Shown here: positions 1 through 13,589 of the stretch, in pieces | How positions within the stretch are numbered: the stretch's first letter is position 1 | How the letters are laid out: each line of letters starts with the position of its first letter | Source of the DNA: Felis catus | Lineage: Eukaryota | Direction of reading: 5' to 3' | Assembly (NCBI RefSeq): GCF_018350175.1 | Contig: NC_058383.1 | Coordinates: 1,116,001 to 1,180,000 of the forward strand | DNA length: 64,000 nt | Translations under genes and position numbers: made by a program | The notes under the pieces: generated by a model | Told to the model about the DNA's origin: nothing | Databases searched by the model: none | What the model saw: only the letters and a program-made list of their open reading frames with translations

Positions 1-811
1 TTAAATGTAATCCTCCTGGTAGCCACAAAGGAAATAGGTATAGAACATACACAAAAGAAAATGAGAAAGGATTTAAAGGTTTAACTACAAAACAACAACA
101 ACAACACAACTAAACACAGAAGACTAATGTATGTCATGAGAGACAGAAAAGCTAGGAGACATATAGAATACAAATAGCAAAATGACAGAAGAAAGTTCCT
201 CCCATCAGTAATTATACTTCATGTAAATGTATTCAACTCCCATTACAAGACAGAGGTTGCAGAGGTTGGCAGAATGGATAAAAACACATGATGCAACTAT
301 ATGCTATCTATAAGAGACTCACTTTAGATCCAAAGGCAAAAATAGATGGAAAGTGAAAGGACGGAAAAAGATATCCATTTAAATGCTGGCCAAATGAGAG
401 CAGAGGTGACTCTACTGATACAGACAAGAATGGACTTTAAATCCAAAACGGTTGTGAGGGACAAATAAGGGCATTATGTATAAAGGTTCAAACAAAAAGA
501 TACAACAGTTATAAACATTTATACACCTACTAACAGACTGAAAATGTATGAAGCAAATACTGACAGAATCGAAGGGAGAAATAGTTCTAAAAGTTGGAGG
601 CTGCAACACCCCATTCTAAATAATGGATAAAACAATCAGACAGATCATATGTAAGGAAATAGAAGACTTAATACCATACATCAACAACATCTAACAGACA
701 TGTGTGGGCCGGTCTAGTATCAACAGCATACACATTCTTTTCAAGCACATATGGGACATTTTATAGGATAGACCATATGTTGGACCACAAGTTAAGTCTC
801 AATAGATTTTA

Positions 812-1032
812 TTTTATTTTTTCTTTAGATTTTATTTCTTTTGACAGAGAGAGAAAGAGAGCTCATGCATGTGGGTAAGCGGGGGAGGGGCAGAGAGAGA
901 AGGAGAGATTCCCAAGCAGGCTGCTCTCAGTCAGCACAGAGCCCAATGCCGAGCTCAGTCCCACAAACCATGAGATCGTGACCTGAGCCAGGATCAAAAG
1001 TCGGACGCCTAAGTGAGCCCCTCGGGCACTCC
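812..1032 (-). mobile_element. Can-SINE inserted in L1
   Basis: Inverse tRNA-derived head, (GA)n and T tail; TSD AAGTCTCAATAGATTTTA at 794-811 and 1033-1050. Confidence 0.92.
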
Positions 1033-3270
1033 AAGTCTCAATAGATTTTAAAAGATACAAAGAATCTTCACCCACAACAGAATGAGATTAGAAATCAACA
1101 ACAGAAGTAAACTGGAAAATTTACAGATTTGTGTACATTAAAGACACACTCTTAAAGAACCAGTGAATCAAAAAAGAAATACAAAGGGAATTAGAAAATA
1201 CTTAGAAACAAATGAAAATGAAAACACACATACCAAAACTTGCGGGATGCAGTAAAACCAGTGTTAAGGGGGAAATGTATAGCCATACACACATTTTTTA
1301 AAAAGGGATCTCAAACTGATGATCTAACTTTACAATTTCAGGAATTAGAAAAAGAAAAACAAACTAAACGCGAAGCTAGCAAAAGGAAGGAAATAATAAA
1401 AATTAGAGAAGAGATAAATAAAAGAATATTAAAAAATAGAGGCAAATCAATGCAGAAAGATCAACGAAGTTGACAAAACTTTAGCTGTATGGATTAAGGA
1501 AAAAATAGAGAAGACTCAAGTTAGAAAAATCAGAAATGAAAGTAGGGACATTATCAATTCTACAGAAATAAATGGATTATAAGAAAGAACTTATTAACAA
1601 CAAATTAAATAACCTAGATGAAATGGACAAATTCCTCAAAACACAAAATCTACCAAGAATAAATCATGAAGAAATAGAAAATCTGAACAGGACTATAACT
1701 AGTAAGGAGTGTGAGTCAACTATTCAAAAATGTTCCAATAAGTAAAAAATCAGGACCAGATGGCTTCACTGGTGAATTCTACCAAGCATTAAAGAAGAAT
1801 TAACACCAATTCTTCTTAAACTTTTGCAAAAATTTAAAGAGGAGGGAACACTTCCTACCTAACTCATCTAATGAGGCCGGCATTGCTCTGATATCAAAGC
1901 CAAAGACACTGCAAGAAAGGAAAACGATGTATCTAATATCCCTTATGACCACTGATGGAAAAATCCTCAACAAAATACTAGCAAACCAAATTCAGCAAAA
2001 CATTATAAGGATTAGAGGCCATGACCAAGAGGAATTTATTCCTGGAATGTAAGGATGATTCAACATACAAAAATCAATCAGCGTAAGTCGTCACATTTAC
2101 AGAACGAAGAAAAAACAAAACAAAACATGATCATCTCGATTGATGCAAAAAAGGCAAAAAAAAAAAAACCACATAACAACCTCAACACTCTTTCATGATA
2201 AAAAAAACTCGACAAACTAGGAATAGAAGAAAACTATCTCATGATATGATATAATAAAAGTCATATGTGAAAAAACCCGCAGCAAACATTGTACTCAGCG
2301 CTAAAAGACTGAAAGCTTTTCCTCTAAGATCTGGAACAAGGCAAGGATGTCCACTTTTGCTGCTTCTGTTAAAAATATACCGGAAGTTCTTGTCATAGCA
2401 ATTAGACAAGAAAAAGAAACAGGCATACAAATTGGAAAGAAAGAAGTACAATTGCTTCTGTTTGCAGATGATGCGATTTTATATGTAGTAAATCCTAAAG
2501 ACTCCACCAAAAAAAAAGTTATAATAAGTGAATTCAGCAAAATAGCAGGATGCAGAGTCAGCACATGAAAATCAGTTGCATTTCCATACACCAACCGTGA
2601 ATAATCTGAAAAGGAAATTACAAAAACAATTCCACTTATAATAGCATCAGAATAATAAAATACTTAGAAATTAATCAAAGGGATAAAAGACATACAATGA
2701 AAACTACAAAATATTGCTGAAAGAAATTAAGGAGGACACAAACAGAAGTACAGCCTATGTTCATAAGTTGGAAGAGTTAAAAGTTGTTAAGCTGTCAGTA
2801 CTATCCAAAGTGATCTAAAGAGTCAGTGTAATCCTTTTTACGATCTCCATGACATTTTCTGCAAAAATGGAAAAACACATTCTAAAGTTAACATGCAATC
2901 TCACGGGACCCCAAATAGCCAAAGCAATCTTGAAAAAGAACAAAGCTGGAGAACTCATACTTCCTGGTTTCAAAACTCGTTACAAAGCTACAGTCCTCAA
3001 CATAGTGTGTAGTGGCATAAAGTGTCACACAGAGCAACAGGATAGAATGGAGAATAGCCCAGAAATAGTCTCACACATATGGTCAAATGATGTTTGACGA
3101 GGTCATCAAGACCATTCAGTGAGGAAAGGAAAGTCTTTTCAAAAAATGGTGCTGAGGACACTGGATGTCCATATTCAAAAGAATGAAGTTGGACTCTCAT
3201 GTACAAAAAGTCACTCAAAGTGGATCAGAGATTGGAATGGAAGGCCCAGCACGATAAAACTCTTCGAAGA

Positions 3271-3477
3271 GGCCGCCTGGGGGGGCTCAATCGGGTAAGC
3301 GTCCGACTCTTGGTTTCATCTCAGGTCATGATCTCACAGTTTGTAAGTTTGAGCCTCACATCAGGCTCTGCACTGAGACCACAGAGCCCACTTGGGATTT
3401 CTGTCTCCCTCTGTCTCTGCTCCTCCCCAGTTTACTCTCTCTCAAAAATAAAGAAATAAACATTCTTAAAAACCCTT
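3271..3477 (+). mobile_element. Can-SINE inserted in L1
   Basis: GGCCGCCTGG..GGCTCA head, CT-rich region, A tail; TSD AAACTCTT(C/A)GAAGA. Confidence 0.9.
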
Positions 3478-3900
3478 AAACTCTTAGAAGAAAACTTAGC
3501 GTCAGAACTTCACAACATTGAGTTTGGTGATGAATTCTTGGATGTGACACCAAAAAGCACAGGCAACAAAAGAACGATAGAGAAATGAGACTTAATGGGA
3601 ATTGAAATTTTTGTGCTTCAAAAGAGACTATTAACAGAGCAAAAAGGCAACCCACAGAAAATGTATGTGATGAGGGATTAACATCCAGAACAGATAGAAT
3701 TTCTAAAAGTCAACAATAAAAAAAACAAACAACCTCATTTAAAAATGGGCAAAGAACTTTGAATAGACATTTCTCCAAAGAAGATACACAAATGGCCCAT
3801 AAGCACACGAGAGGATGCTCAACATCACTCATCATCAGGGAGATGTGAATCAAAACCACAAGGAGATACAACCTCACACCTGTTAGGACGACTACTATTT

Positions 3901-4103
3901 TTTAAATCTAATTTTTTTAAATGGTTGTTTATTTTTGAGAGGTGGGGGAGAGGCAGAGAGAGAGGGCGACACAGAATCTGAAGCAGGCTCCAGGCTCTGA
4001 GCTGTCAGCACAGAGCCCGATGCGGGGCTCGAACTCATGGACTGCAAGATCATGACCTGAGTCGAAGTTGGACGCTTAACCCGCTGAGCCACCCAGGCGC
4101 CCC
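3901..4103 (-). mobile_element. Feline Can-SINE inserted in L1
   Basis: Ends GAGCCACCCAGGCGCCCC; TSD AGGA(C/T)GACTACTATTTTTT. Confidence 0.92.
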
Positions 4104-4135
4104 AGGATGACTACTATTTTTTTAAAAAAGAAATT

Positions 4136-4245
4136 AGGGGCCCCTGGCTGACTCAGTCGCTAGGGCATGCAGCTCGTGATCTCAGGATTGTGAGTTCGAG
4201 CCCCATGTTGGGTGTTGAGATTACGTTAATGCATAAACTTAATTT
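4136..4245 (+). mobile_element. Short old Can-SINE
   Basis: GGGGCCCCTGGCTGACTCAGTC...GTGAGTTCGAGCCCCATGTTGGGTG. Confidence 0.75.
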
Positions 4246-4754
4246 GTTTATTTATTTGGGCAAAGGAAATTATTTACAGCGTCATTCACGATAACCAAAA
4301 GGTGGAAGTTACCCAAGTGTCCCATGAATAGATGAACAAAATGTGGTACAGCCATACAGTGGAATATCTTTCCTTAAAAAGGAAGTTCTGACACCGGCTA
4401 CAACATGGATGACTCTAGAGGACATTTTGCTATGTGAAATAAGCCGGTCATAAAAAGACAAACACTGTAGGATTCCACTTACATGAGTACCTATAAGTAC
4501 CCAGAGTAGTCAGAATCGTGGACAGAAAGCAGAATGGTTGCCAGAGGCCGGGGAGGGGGAGAAGGGTGCGGTTTAATGGGTATCATTTCAGTTTCACCTT
4601 ACGAAAAGAGTTCTGGAGGTGGATGGTGGTGGCGGTTGTATAACGTTAGGAATGTATACAATACTACTGAGCTTTACACGAAAAAATAGTTGAGATGGTA
4701 AATTTGATGTAATGTGTATTTTACCACAATTCTTAAAAAAAGGCTGTCTTCTCT

Positions 4755-5010
4755 GGGGCTCCTGGGCGGCTCAGCTGGTTAAGTGTCCAACTCTTGATCT
4801 CAGCTCAGATCATGATCTCGCAGTTTGTGAGATCGATCGAGCCCAGCATTGGGCTCTGCCCTGACAGTGTGAAGCCCGCTTGGGATTTTCCTCTCCCTCT
4901 CTCTCTGCCCCTCCCCTGCTTGCCCGTGCTCTCTCAATAAGTAAGTAAGTAAATAAATAAATAAATACATGAACAAGCAAACTTTAAAAAATTAAAAATA
5001 AATAAAAATG
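4755..5010 (+). mobile_element. Can-SINE
   Basis: Typical head, CT tract, (TAAA)n tail; TSD GCTGTCTTCTC. Confidence 0.9.
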
Positions 5011-5230
5011 GAAAGCTGTCTTCTCAGCGAGGCCAACCCTCCTTGACCTCCCTGTGATCCCTGCCGGTGCAAGTACTCCGTGTCCTCTTATGTTACCTCT
5101 AGTGTTTCTTATGGTGTAACATACAGTCTCCTTACTTCTTCGTCTCATGCACTGGATGTGCTTCTGCCTTAGTTGTGGCACACCCTGGCACGCGGAAATG
5201 CTCAGTAAGTATTTGTTTATAATAGCTTTT

Positions 5231-5394
5231 TTTAATGTTTATTTTTGAGAGAAAGAGAGACACAGAATCCGAAGCAGGCTCCAGGCTCAGAACTGTCCGC
5301 ACAGAGGCTGACATGGGACTTGAACTCATGGACCGCGAGATCATGACCTAAGCCGAAGTCAGACGCTTAACTGACTGAGCCACCCAGGCGCCCC
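5231..5394 (-). mobile_element. Feline Can-SINE
   Basis: Ends CACCCAGGCGCCCC; TSD GTTTATAAT(A/C)GCTTT. Confidence 0.9.
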
Positions 5395-5404
5395 TCGTTT
5401 ATAA

Positions 5405-5710
5405 TCGCTTTATTGAGACGTAAGTCACAAGCCATGCATCCCACTCACGTGGAGTGTGTAATTCAGGGATTTTCCTATATATTCACGAGGCTGTGCCACC
5501 ATCACTGCTGTCTAACTGCAGCACATTGTGAAGATCTCAGACAGAAAACCCCTACCCACCAGCCGTCACCACCTGTCACCGCCAGGTCCCCCCACCCCCC
5601 GGCAACCACGGATCCACTTTCTGCCTGTGGACACGTGTGAGTGGACACATACGGTGTGTGTGCTTTTGTGGCCGAGTCCTCTCGCTCGGCGTGATGTTCA
5701 TGTAGCAGGT
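5405..5710 (-). mobile_element. Old L1 3'-end fragment
   Basis: GCTTTATTGAGA...TATATTCACGAGGCTGTGCCACCATCAC, the inverse L1M 3' UTR pattern. Confidence 0.7.
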
Positions 5711-6274
5711 AGCAGCCCTTCATTTCTGTCTCAGTCTGTTTTTTCCCACCTTGCCATGTGGTTCTGCAGGCGTCTTTTGGTCAACTCAGCTCAGACGTTG
5801 CCTGCTTTGTGAATCTTCCCAGATTTAGAGCACCACGATGCACTGTCCGACACAGGGCCACATCACTGCTTCGGAAGTAGACATGAGGCCTGCTAAGTCT
5901 TAAGGACCAAACTACTTGTTCTCCGAGATACGCATTCCTCGGTTCCTTCTACTACAGTTGACTTTCCGTTGTACCTTCTCCCGGAAGACACTGGGGAGGT
6001 GGATCCAAATCTCCTAGCCAGCACACAGGGAAGTCAAACCCATTTTACTCCTGCCACCAAGCGGTAAGAGGCCAGCATGACACCGAACCAGACTGGACGG
6101 ACCAGACCCCAGAGGGCTGAGGGGCTCAGCCGCGCCTGCCCTTCCTGTGCATGAAGCTCAGCGCTTAACCTCCTCTTCAGGGTTCAGCATGCCTGCTTTT
6201 GCTGAGGATGTTTCCAAGCCCGCGGTCAGGCTTTTTATGGGCCAGGTTCAAGGTTGTTTGAGCCACTTCCGGAT

Positions 6275-6415
6275 CCGGCTGGTTGTCAGAATTACCTGTG
6301 GGTGTTTAAAACGTAGCGATGCCGGGGCCCCATCTCAGCCTAATGAACTAGAATCTCCGGGTTACGACCCAGGTCTCTGTATTTTGTAAATCTTAACAGG
6401 TTGAGAATCACCGTG
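6275..6415. mobile_element. MER5A-like hAT-Charlie MITE relic
   Basis: AGAATTACCTG...GGGGCCCCATCTCAG...AGAATCTCCGGG...AGGTTGAGAATCAC resembles MER5A. Confidence 0.6.
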
Positions 6416-6589
6416 CTGGCCTGTAGGCTCCTGGAGGGTAGGAGCCTGGAGTTCTCGCTCGGCCCCGTAGGGCCTGCTCCTGGCACGGGTCTGGCACCGG
6501 CAGAGTGCACAGGTGTGGATCAGAAGGATAAAGAGTGAACGGATTCAGTGAAAGAACAAACGGCTACATGCTGCAAAGATTTTTATAAA

Positions 6590-6980
6590 GCGGTTTTTTT
6601 ACGTGGAGGTGAAATTCACATAACACAGATACACCATTTTAAAGTAAACGACTTAATGGCATTTCGTATATGATGATGTTGTGCAACCATGGCCTCTATC
6701 AAGTTCCAAAATATTTCCGTCGCCCCGAGAGAAGGCCCTGTACCCATTAAGCAGCTGCTCCTCGCTTCTGCTCCCTGGAACCCCTGGCTACCACGAATCT
6801 GCCTGTTGCCTCCACGAGTTTGCCTCTTCTGGACACGTCACTACATGGAATCACACAAGGTGTGTCTTTTGCACCTGATTTCTCTCACTGAGCATAATAA
6901 TGTCAAGGTCCATCCGCACTGTGGCACAGCTCAGCACGCCGGTCCTTCTTGTGGCTGAGTAATACTCTCCTGTGTGAAGG
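6590..6980 (-). mobile_element. Old L1 3'-end fragment
   Basis: GAGGTGAAATTCACATAACA...GTTGTGCAACCAT...TTCCAAAATATTTCC. Confidence 0.75.
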
Positions 6981-7699
6981 ACCACGTTCGTTACTCAGCT
7001 GTTCGCGGACACACGGAACACTTTCCACGCAGAGTCACCTGGGAGGGGACTCGCCCACAAGATCACTCTCTGGCTCTGCTCTCCGATCTGACACATGCTT
7101 GTCTTGCTTGCTCTGGGGCCTGTGGCCTTGCCTTCCCGTGGCTGTCTTGTGGCATGAAGGGGAGTGACTGCCACGTGTGGTATTTGCAGAGGCACAGAAG
7201 TTAGCTCAGCACGCGGCGTCTGAGGGAAGCCTCGCGTCCTCTTTCCAGAAAGCTCTATTTGTTTGAAGCTTCTCCAGTTGCTTTGATTTTTGCTCCAGAC
7301 CCCGTGCTGTAGCCCAGGATCCTTCTCAAAAAGGCTAATAAGCACCCATTTGTCCTGGCACTTGGTGCCTATGAGCCTCTCTGCGGCCAAGCCTGCCTCA
7401 CACTGGCAGCCGCGGGGGCGTGAGTCCCAGGTCTTCCGCGGGGGCCCTCACGGGGCTCTCGGGTCGCGCTCATCACCTGCCCCCCAGCCTGTGAGGAAGG
7501 GGATGCCACCAAGCTATTGCCTACAGGCTTTTGGCGCACAAACCCAAGACCCTGTTGAATGAGAACATCACAGGAAAACCTGAGCGAGATTCCCCGAGAC
7601 CCCTCTTGTAGGATAAAGAAACCGTTTGTCCTCATTTCCTCTTGTCTTTACGATTCCTGTAGGTGTGAGGCCCCTGGAACTATTTGAAATTTAAGTGTG

Positions 7700-8080
7700 T
7701 AAGTCATATGCGGTGAAGTACACAACTCTTAAACATGCAGCTTACTGAATTCTAACATATGTGTACATCCATGTAGTCCCTCCCCGAACATACTGAGTGT
7801 CTGCAGCCCCCGAGAGCCTCCTCCGGTGGTTTTCCACCAGTGGGTTCCACCCCAGAGGCAACCATGTTCTGACCTCCGTCACCGTCCGCCAGTGCCGTCT
7901 GCTCCGGACTTCACTGAATGGGCTCGTCAGCACACGCACTTTGAGCCTGACTTCTCTCCCTCAGCGTTACACCTCTGACATTCATCTGTGTGGTCGCATA
8001 CAGTGCGGTTTGTTGTCGCATCGCTGTGTGGTGTTCCACTGTGTGTGACCGCCACGGTTCACTTACTTGCCACGCAACAC
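7700..8080 (-). mobile_element. Old L1 (L1MC/ME-type) 3' fragment
   Basis: GTGAAGTACACAACTCTTAA...CCCCAGAGGCAACCATGTTCTGAC. Confidence 0.6.
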
Positions 8081-9240
8081 TGATGGGAACACCTGTCGTC
8101 GCGGTGGCCGCTCACCGAGGTGACACTGTATTGGCAGTGTTGCTGGCCTGGCTATCCCCAGCCCTGTCAGTGGGGAGGGGCCTTGACTCCTCCCATCTAA
8201 CCCTCAGCCCCTAGCAGAGCAGACTGGCTGAGAAGTGCACCTGGGTCACGCACAGCCAGTCTGCCAGCTGGGTGGGACCTCAAGGGACCCCACCCCAGGG
8301 GGCAGAGGCAGTTAGCTTCTAAGTCCTGGGGTGCAGAGTGGGACCAAGCGAGAATCTGAACGGAGGCTCCCGGCCAGAGGCAGGGCAGTGACACGGCTGC
8401 ACCTGTAGCTGCGGAGAAGATACTGCGTGAACAGAAGCTGGGAGGGGGTCAGGGGCCCGGCGGGGTGCTCCGGGGTCCGAGTCCCTGTGGGCCTCGGGTC
8501 CATGCCCGATCCTCCCCATTGGGTCCCTACGACTGACGGCTCTTCTCTGGAGCTGCCCTGGCCGTGCCCTCGCACCTTGAGGGAAACAGTGTCCCCGGGC
8601 ACCCCAAATCTTTGCGGAGGGTGAGGCCAGGTGTTCCTGGCGCCTCTGGTTTGCAGCCTCAAAGATCCTTCATTTTTCCCTCTGACACTCTCCCTTTCGG
8701 ACTAATTTCCTTTTTGAAGATCAACTTCCCAAAATTAAGTCCACCCAAGTTCCCAAGTAAAATGAAAAGCCATTTTTCTTACAAATCTTATATGGACATA
8801 ATTTAATATAAGGCATAAACTAATAAACTAAAGATCATATATTACAGCAGTAGCACAATAAAAAACAAGCCACTATAGGAGACAAATGAATGGTATTTTC
8901 GCCAAGGGGAAAAGAGAAACAGAAATGAGATGTGAGTTATATTCTGTGTATAAATAACTTTAAAGAGAAATAATAAAGGTGACGTCTGTAACTCTCAGTA
9001 TATTTGGGGAGAGATTATTTAATTGCAGTAAAATAAGAGGTGATAAGTTTCGCTGAAGCTTTGCATAATCAGAATTCAGTTAAGTTTCCTGAGAAAGGCA
9101 CAATAGGCGAGTATCATTTTATGGGATTTTTAAGATTTGGGAGATGTGCAACATTCGCTCCTGTTGGGGTGCCACGGGCTCCAGCGGGGCAGCTCTGCCT
9201 TCATCTGAAAGGTGGCACGTGGTCTTCGAAACTTCTTGTA

Positions 9241-9435
9241 AGGGCGCCTGGGTGGCTCAGTCGGTTGAGCATCCGGCTTCAGCTCAGGTCATAATCTCGA
9301 GGTTGGTGAGGTTGAGCCCCGAATCCAGCTCACTGCTGTCAGCACAGAGCCCACTTCGGATCCTCTGTTCCCCTCTCTCTTTGCCCCTACCCCACTCGTG
9401 CTCTCTCTCAAAAACAAAAACATAAAAAAAAATTA
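9241..9435 (+). mobile_element. Can-SINE
   Basis: AGGGCGCCTGGGTGGCTCAGTCGGTTGAGC head, CT tract, A tail. Confidence 0.9.
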
Positions 9436-9474
9436 AAGTTTCTTTTAAAATCTCATTACGCAAAATACTGAGTG

Positions 9475-9950
9475 ATAAAAAAAAATAGAACTATTGATAT
9501 GCACAGCAGCCCGGACGGGCCTCCAGAGAATTACGCTGGGTCAGAAAAGCTGATCCCAGAAGGTTACACACCATGTGATTCCATTTATAGGACGTTCCCG
9601 AAATGGAAAATTACAGAAACGGGAACGGACAAGAGGTTGCCAGGGTTGGGATTGGAGGATGGTGGGTGTGGTTATGAAAGAAGGGACCCTTGTGGTGATG
9701 GATGTTCTGTATCTTGACCATGGTGACGGACACACGAACCCGCGCACGGACAAAACCCACGCATCTAAGTGCGCGCACGGGCACAAGTGCGCAGACGTAA
9801 AATTGGGGAGAACTGAGTCAGACTGGCAGAGTATCATTGTCGACATACCAGTGTCCCGGTTGATACCACACTATGGTTTTGTGAGGTGTTACTCTGGAAG
9901 TAGTGTTTCTTGCAATTGCCTCACAATAAACAGTTTCATTTAAAACAAGC
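9475..9950 (+). mobile_element. Old L1 (L1MC/MD-type) 3' end
   Basis: ATCCCAGAAGGTTACAC...TGATTCCATTTATA...GGTTGCCAGGG...GTTCTGTATCTTGAC. Confidence 0.7.
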
Positions 9951-12229
9951 AGGAAGAAACCTTCCTTAGAGTCAGCCCTGTCGGGCACCCACGTAGATGG
10001 TAAGGTAAGAAGGGAGGCCGGGACCGAGTCCTTCAGGCTCGGCCCTTGGTGCGTGCCTGGCGTCCACCGCCTGCGGCCCAGCTGTGCCGCCCGCGTGTGC
10101 ACGGAGGCCCGGCTGCCGGGCTGGGCTGGTGGCAGACCCCAGGACGCTGCTTCCAGCTGCCAGTCCAGCTCTGTCGCGGGCCCAGGCTGCCACCCCTTAC
10201 GTCTCAGGTATCTTTAGGGCCCACTCAGGGTGGCACTTTTGCCAACATTTCCAGCTTTGTTGCAATTAATTTGCTGTTGCCGTTAGGTTTGTTTGCTTGC
10301 TTTGTGGTGGCGGTGGCAGTAGAAGGAGGTGAGAGAGGACAGGCGCTGGGGTCGGTCAGGTCACAGTGCAGCCGGCAGGGTGCCTCTCCGAGCTGACGGG
10401 CTGGTCTTGTGTCTCCCCGGAGACACAGGGGCGGCTCACGGGAGCCGCAGGGAGTTTGGAAATGCAGAGACGCGTCAGGAAGAAATGAAGATGAAAAGCA
10501 CTCTGCCCAGAGAAACCCAGGGTTAATGTGTCAGAGCATTTCCTTGCCTTAAAAACATTGTGTGTGGGTGAGTGCAAGACTCTGTTTTGATCCCCTCGTT
10601 TTTCACTCAACATTACGTTACGAATATTCTCCGTGACCAAATTAAGGGTAATTTAGAGTGTCTTAGTGTGATCGCATGTGGCTATCCCAAACCCTTTCGA
10701 ACCAACACCTTGCTCACTTGGTGGAGTTTTTGACTGTTTATTTCAGAATCCTGCTCTTCTGGAGACACCACTCAGGTGTGAATCCTCCTCAGAGATTTCT
10801 TTTTCCATCTAGTAAGCACAGCATTATGAAGAAAAGTCGAGAAAGGTATTTGCTTGCTGCCCACATCGTAAGACTCATCAGTGCAGTAACAGTTTTCCTA
10901 TTATATTCCCGCCCGGCTCAGTTTTATGTAGTGAAATTGGGGGTGTTTGTGCAAAACTTCCCTTTTGCAGGGAGAGGAATGGTTTGTGTCTGTGAATTTT
11001 ATCTGGTTTTAAAAAGTTGTTTTGTAATGATCTCTTGGCGCATTTATCTTACTTGCTGAGTCTGAGCGTGCCGAGGTTTTTATAGCTTCTTAAAACTGTT
11101 AGGAGACGCCATTGGACCTCTTGGTGGGGTCACGCCAGTTCAGTGGTGAGACCCCTTTGATCAGGAACACCCCAAAATTTAAACAGAAGCATGTAAGGGA
11201 TTGTGGGACTTCAGGGGGCTGGCGGGGGGCAGGGGACTGCTGCTTCTCATTATGAGCTCTTGGGTGACATTTGATATTTTTACCGCGTGAATGTGTTACT
11301 TTGCATAAAAACCATGGGGAAAGATGCCTTCGGTTCGGTCTTGAAAGTCACAAGGGATAAATGTCCTTAGTTTACAGAAATGTAGGAAGGCTCCCGTTCC
11401 TTTCTCTTCCACGTAAAAGATGTAGGTTAGCGTGGTGGCCAGAGAAAGAAGATGTTTCTGGCACTCTCAGGAGCTCGGGCTGGCCTTTGATTCGAAAGCG
11501 AGCTGTGCCATCCCAGACCGACCTCCCTCCCCCGTCGGTGGAGGGCCCATTAGATGGGGTGTTGTTTGTGCCCCGGGAGAGGTGCTGGTGTGCAGGGGGC
11601 TCAACCACAGTGCTCCTGCATCAAAGGAAGAGAATGCTGTCCTGGGTTTAAAGGAAATTGCATTAATGGATGAATGAATGCATTTAATTTAAGGATTTCC
11701 CCATAGCGGTTTCTTGGACCCTGGATGCCTGCTACTACACCTTTGCTGCTGGCAAAGGTGTAGACATTCAGAAGTCAGTCCCTGGGCCCCGGTCTTTGCC
11801 CATGTTCCACATCATGCCTTCCTTCCACGTCTCAGCTTGAACATTAAATTTAATAAATAAGCTTAAGAAAATTATTAATGTCTAGCTAAAAGGTGGTTTC
11901 TTGAAATATTTTTAAGTGAAGAGAACTATATGCATATCATATAGTAGTCTTTTCTGCATGTAGAATTGTTCTGGGTACCTATAATGGAATAAAATACATT
12001 TATAGTCCTAAGTGTTCAACAAAATCATCATGCCCTCCAAAGTCTCTACGGTCTTAGGGCACTTGGTATTTGGTGAAAGACAGCGAATGCTCTTCTGTAA
12101 CTTTCCCACAGTGACTCAGGGAATGAGCCCTTTGAAAAGATTGATTCTTCCCATAAAGCTCAGATGTATATTTCAGTGAGGGTCCATGTTGGTTCCAGAC
12201 AGAGTTGGGAAGATTGCTTCCGGGGGCCT

Positions 12230-12990
12230 TCCTTCTCTCCCCTTTGGGCATCAGTGGCTCCAAATATGCGGCTGCTTCCTCGACAGCCCCGACTCGCCAC
12301 GTCCAAACCCGAATTCTTAATCTTCCTCCCGAAAGCTGCCATTTCCCGTTCTTACCCATCTCGGCCAGTGGTTAGCCTGATTGCCATGGCCAACCCCTGA
12401 GAGGCAATGACTCCTCACTCTTTCTCACTCGCCCTCCGGTGCCCTGTTGACAGTACCCCGAACCTGTTGGCTGCTCTCCGTCTCTGCCATCACTGTGACT
12501 CCCCGGTCCAGGCCACCGTCCCGACTCACGGCCTCCTCGCTGGACTTCCTGCTTCCGCTTTTACCTAGTAAAGTCCATCTGCCATTACAACGGCCACCAA
12601 ATCTAGAAATAAGATCACATCACTGGCCTGTTTAAAACTTCCCAGTGGCTTTATATCAGTCAAGTTCTAGCCAGCAAAACAGGCCCAACTTCAAGTGTGT
12701 ATAACCAAGGGATTTAAGGTAGGGAGTTGTTCACACAGAGGGTGAGGCAATCTGGAGACAGCCCGCATAACATGGCAGGAATCCGTTGCCACCTCTAGTC
12801 CGGAGGGACAAAAGGAGGAAGCTAGGGCGGCACTGAGGATCATCCAGATTTCCTTCCCGTGGCCACTACGGGCCCAGTACATAAAGCAGTGCCTGGCGTA
12901 CAGGCGCTTAGTAAATGTTGGTCCGACGTTTGGTTGGACAGATGGATGGGCGGACAGACGGACGGATGGATGGACAGACAGACGGACGGA
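12230..12990 (+). mobile_element. L2 relic(s)
   Basis: GTCCAAACCCGAATTCTTAATCTTCC, GATCACATCACT...AAAACTTCCCAGTGGCTT and 3' end CAGTGCCTGGC...AGTAAATGTTGG followed by a GGAT/GGAC tail. Confidence 0.6.
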
Positions 12991-13117
12991 CGGGTCGGCT
13001 TTCCCACTTGGCATCTCCCTTCCAGATATCGTGTATATATTTGGAAGGCCTGATGGTGGCCTCCTGCTTTCCTTAGGCAGTGGCCCTCCCCAGGGATCTC
13101 TGCCCAGGAACTATGTG

Positions 13118-13320
13118 GCCTCTGGTGTCAGACGTGTTTGAGTTTGAATCCTGAGTGCCCTCACCTCGCCGTATAAGCTTGGATGCTTCTGTTTCCTAGT
13201 CAGTCAAAGAGGGATCATAGTAATGATGGCCGCCTCACAGGGTTGATGTGAGGCCTCAGGCGCCAGTGTCCAGCTTCAGCGTGGGGCCGTGCCACAGGCA
13301 CAGGTAAGTGTAAATTGGAC
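13118..13320 (+). mobile_element. MIR
   Basis: CTCTGGTGTCAGAC...GAGTTTGAATCC...CTGTTTCCT...CCTCACAGGGTTGATGTGAGG. Confidence 0.7.
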
Positions 13321-13589
13321 AAACAGCCAGTTTGTGCCTCGGGAGCAGCCGCTGTGGTCCGGGCAACACCCCGTGGGCATCACAGAAGCTCCGCGGTGTT
13401 CTCTGCGTAGTCTTCTTTGCAGGACTTTGCGGAGCCAGCAGGCTGAGCATTTCAGAGCTGGGTACCATGGGGTGGCACTGTCGGCCAGCCGTTGGCCTCA
13501 GCATCCACACGCTCTGCCTGGATGCAGGCCCTCTGCCAAGTGAGTCTGTGCCGACAGGGCCCAAGTGGCCCTGTGATGGTCAGCCCAGA

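Larger units (their letters stand above)
1..4740 (+). mobile_element. Decayed LINE-1 (old L1MA/MB-type): ORF2 relic plus 3' UTR, 5' part outside window
   Basis: A-rich strand; endonuclease-like start near 182; RT motif LFADDAILY at about 2458-2484; KNKAGELILPGFKTRYKA; 3' end ...gtattttaccacaat-A tail; many stops and frameshifts. Confidence 0.92.

Noticed and set aside
182..3900. L1 ORF2 as an active reverse transcriptase gene
   Set aside because: Many stops, frameshifts and SINE insertions
4136..4245. tRNA-like sequences (also 14209 and 56002)
   Set aside because: tRNA-derived Can-SINE heads with A tails or TSDs, not tRNA genes
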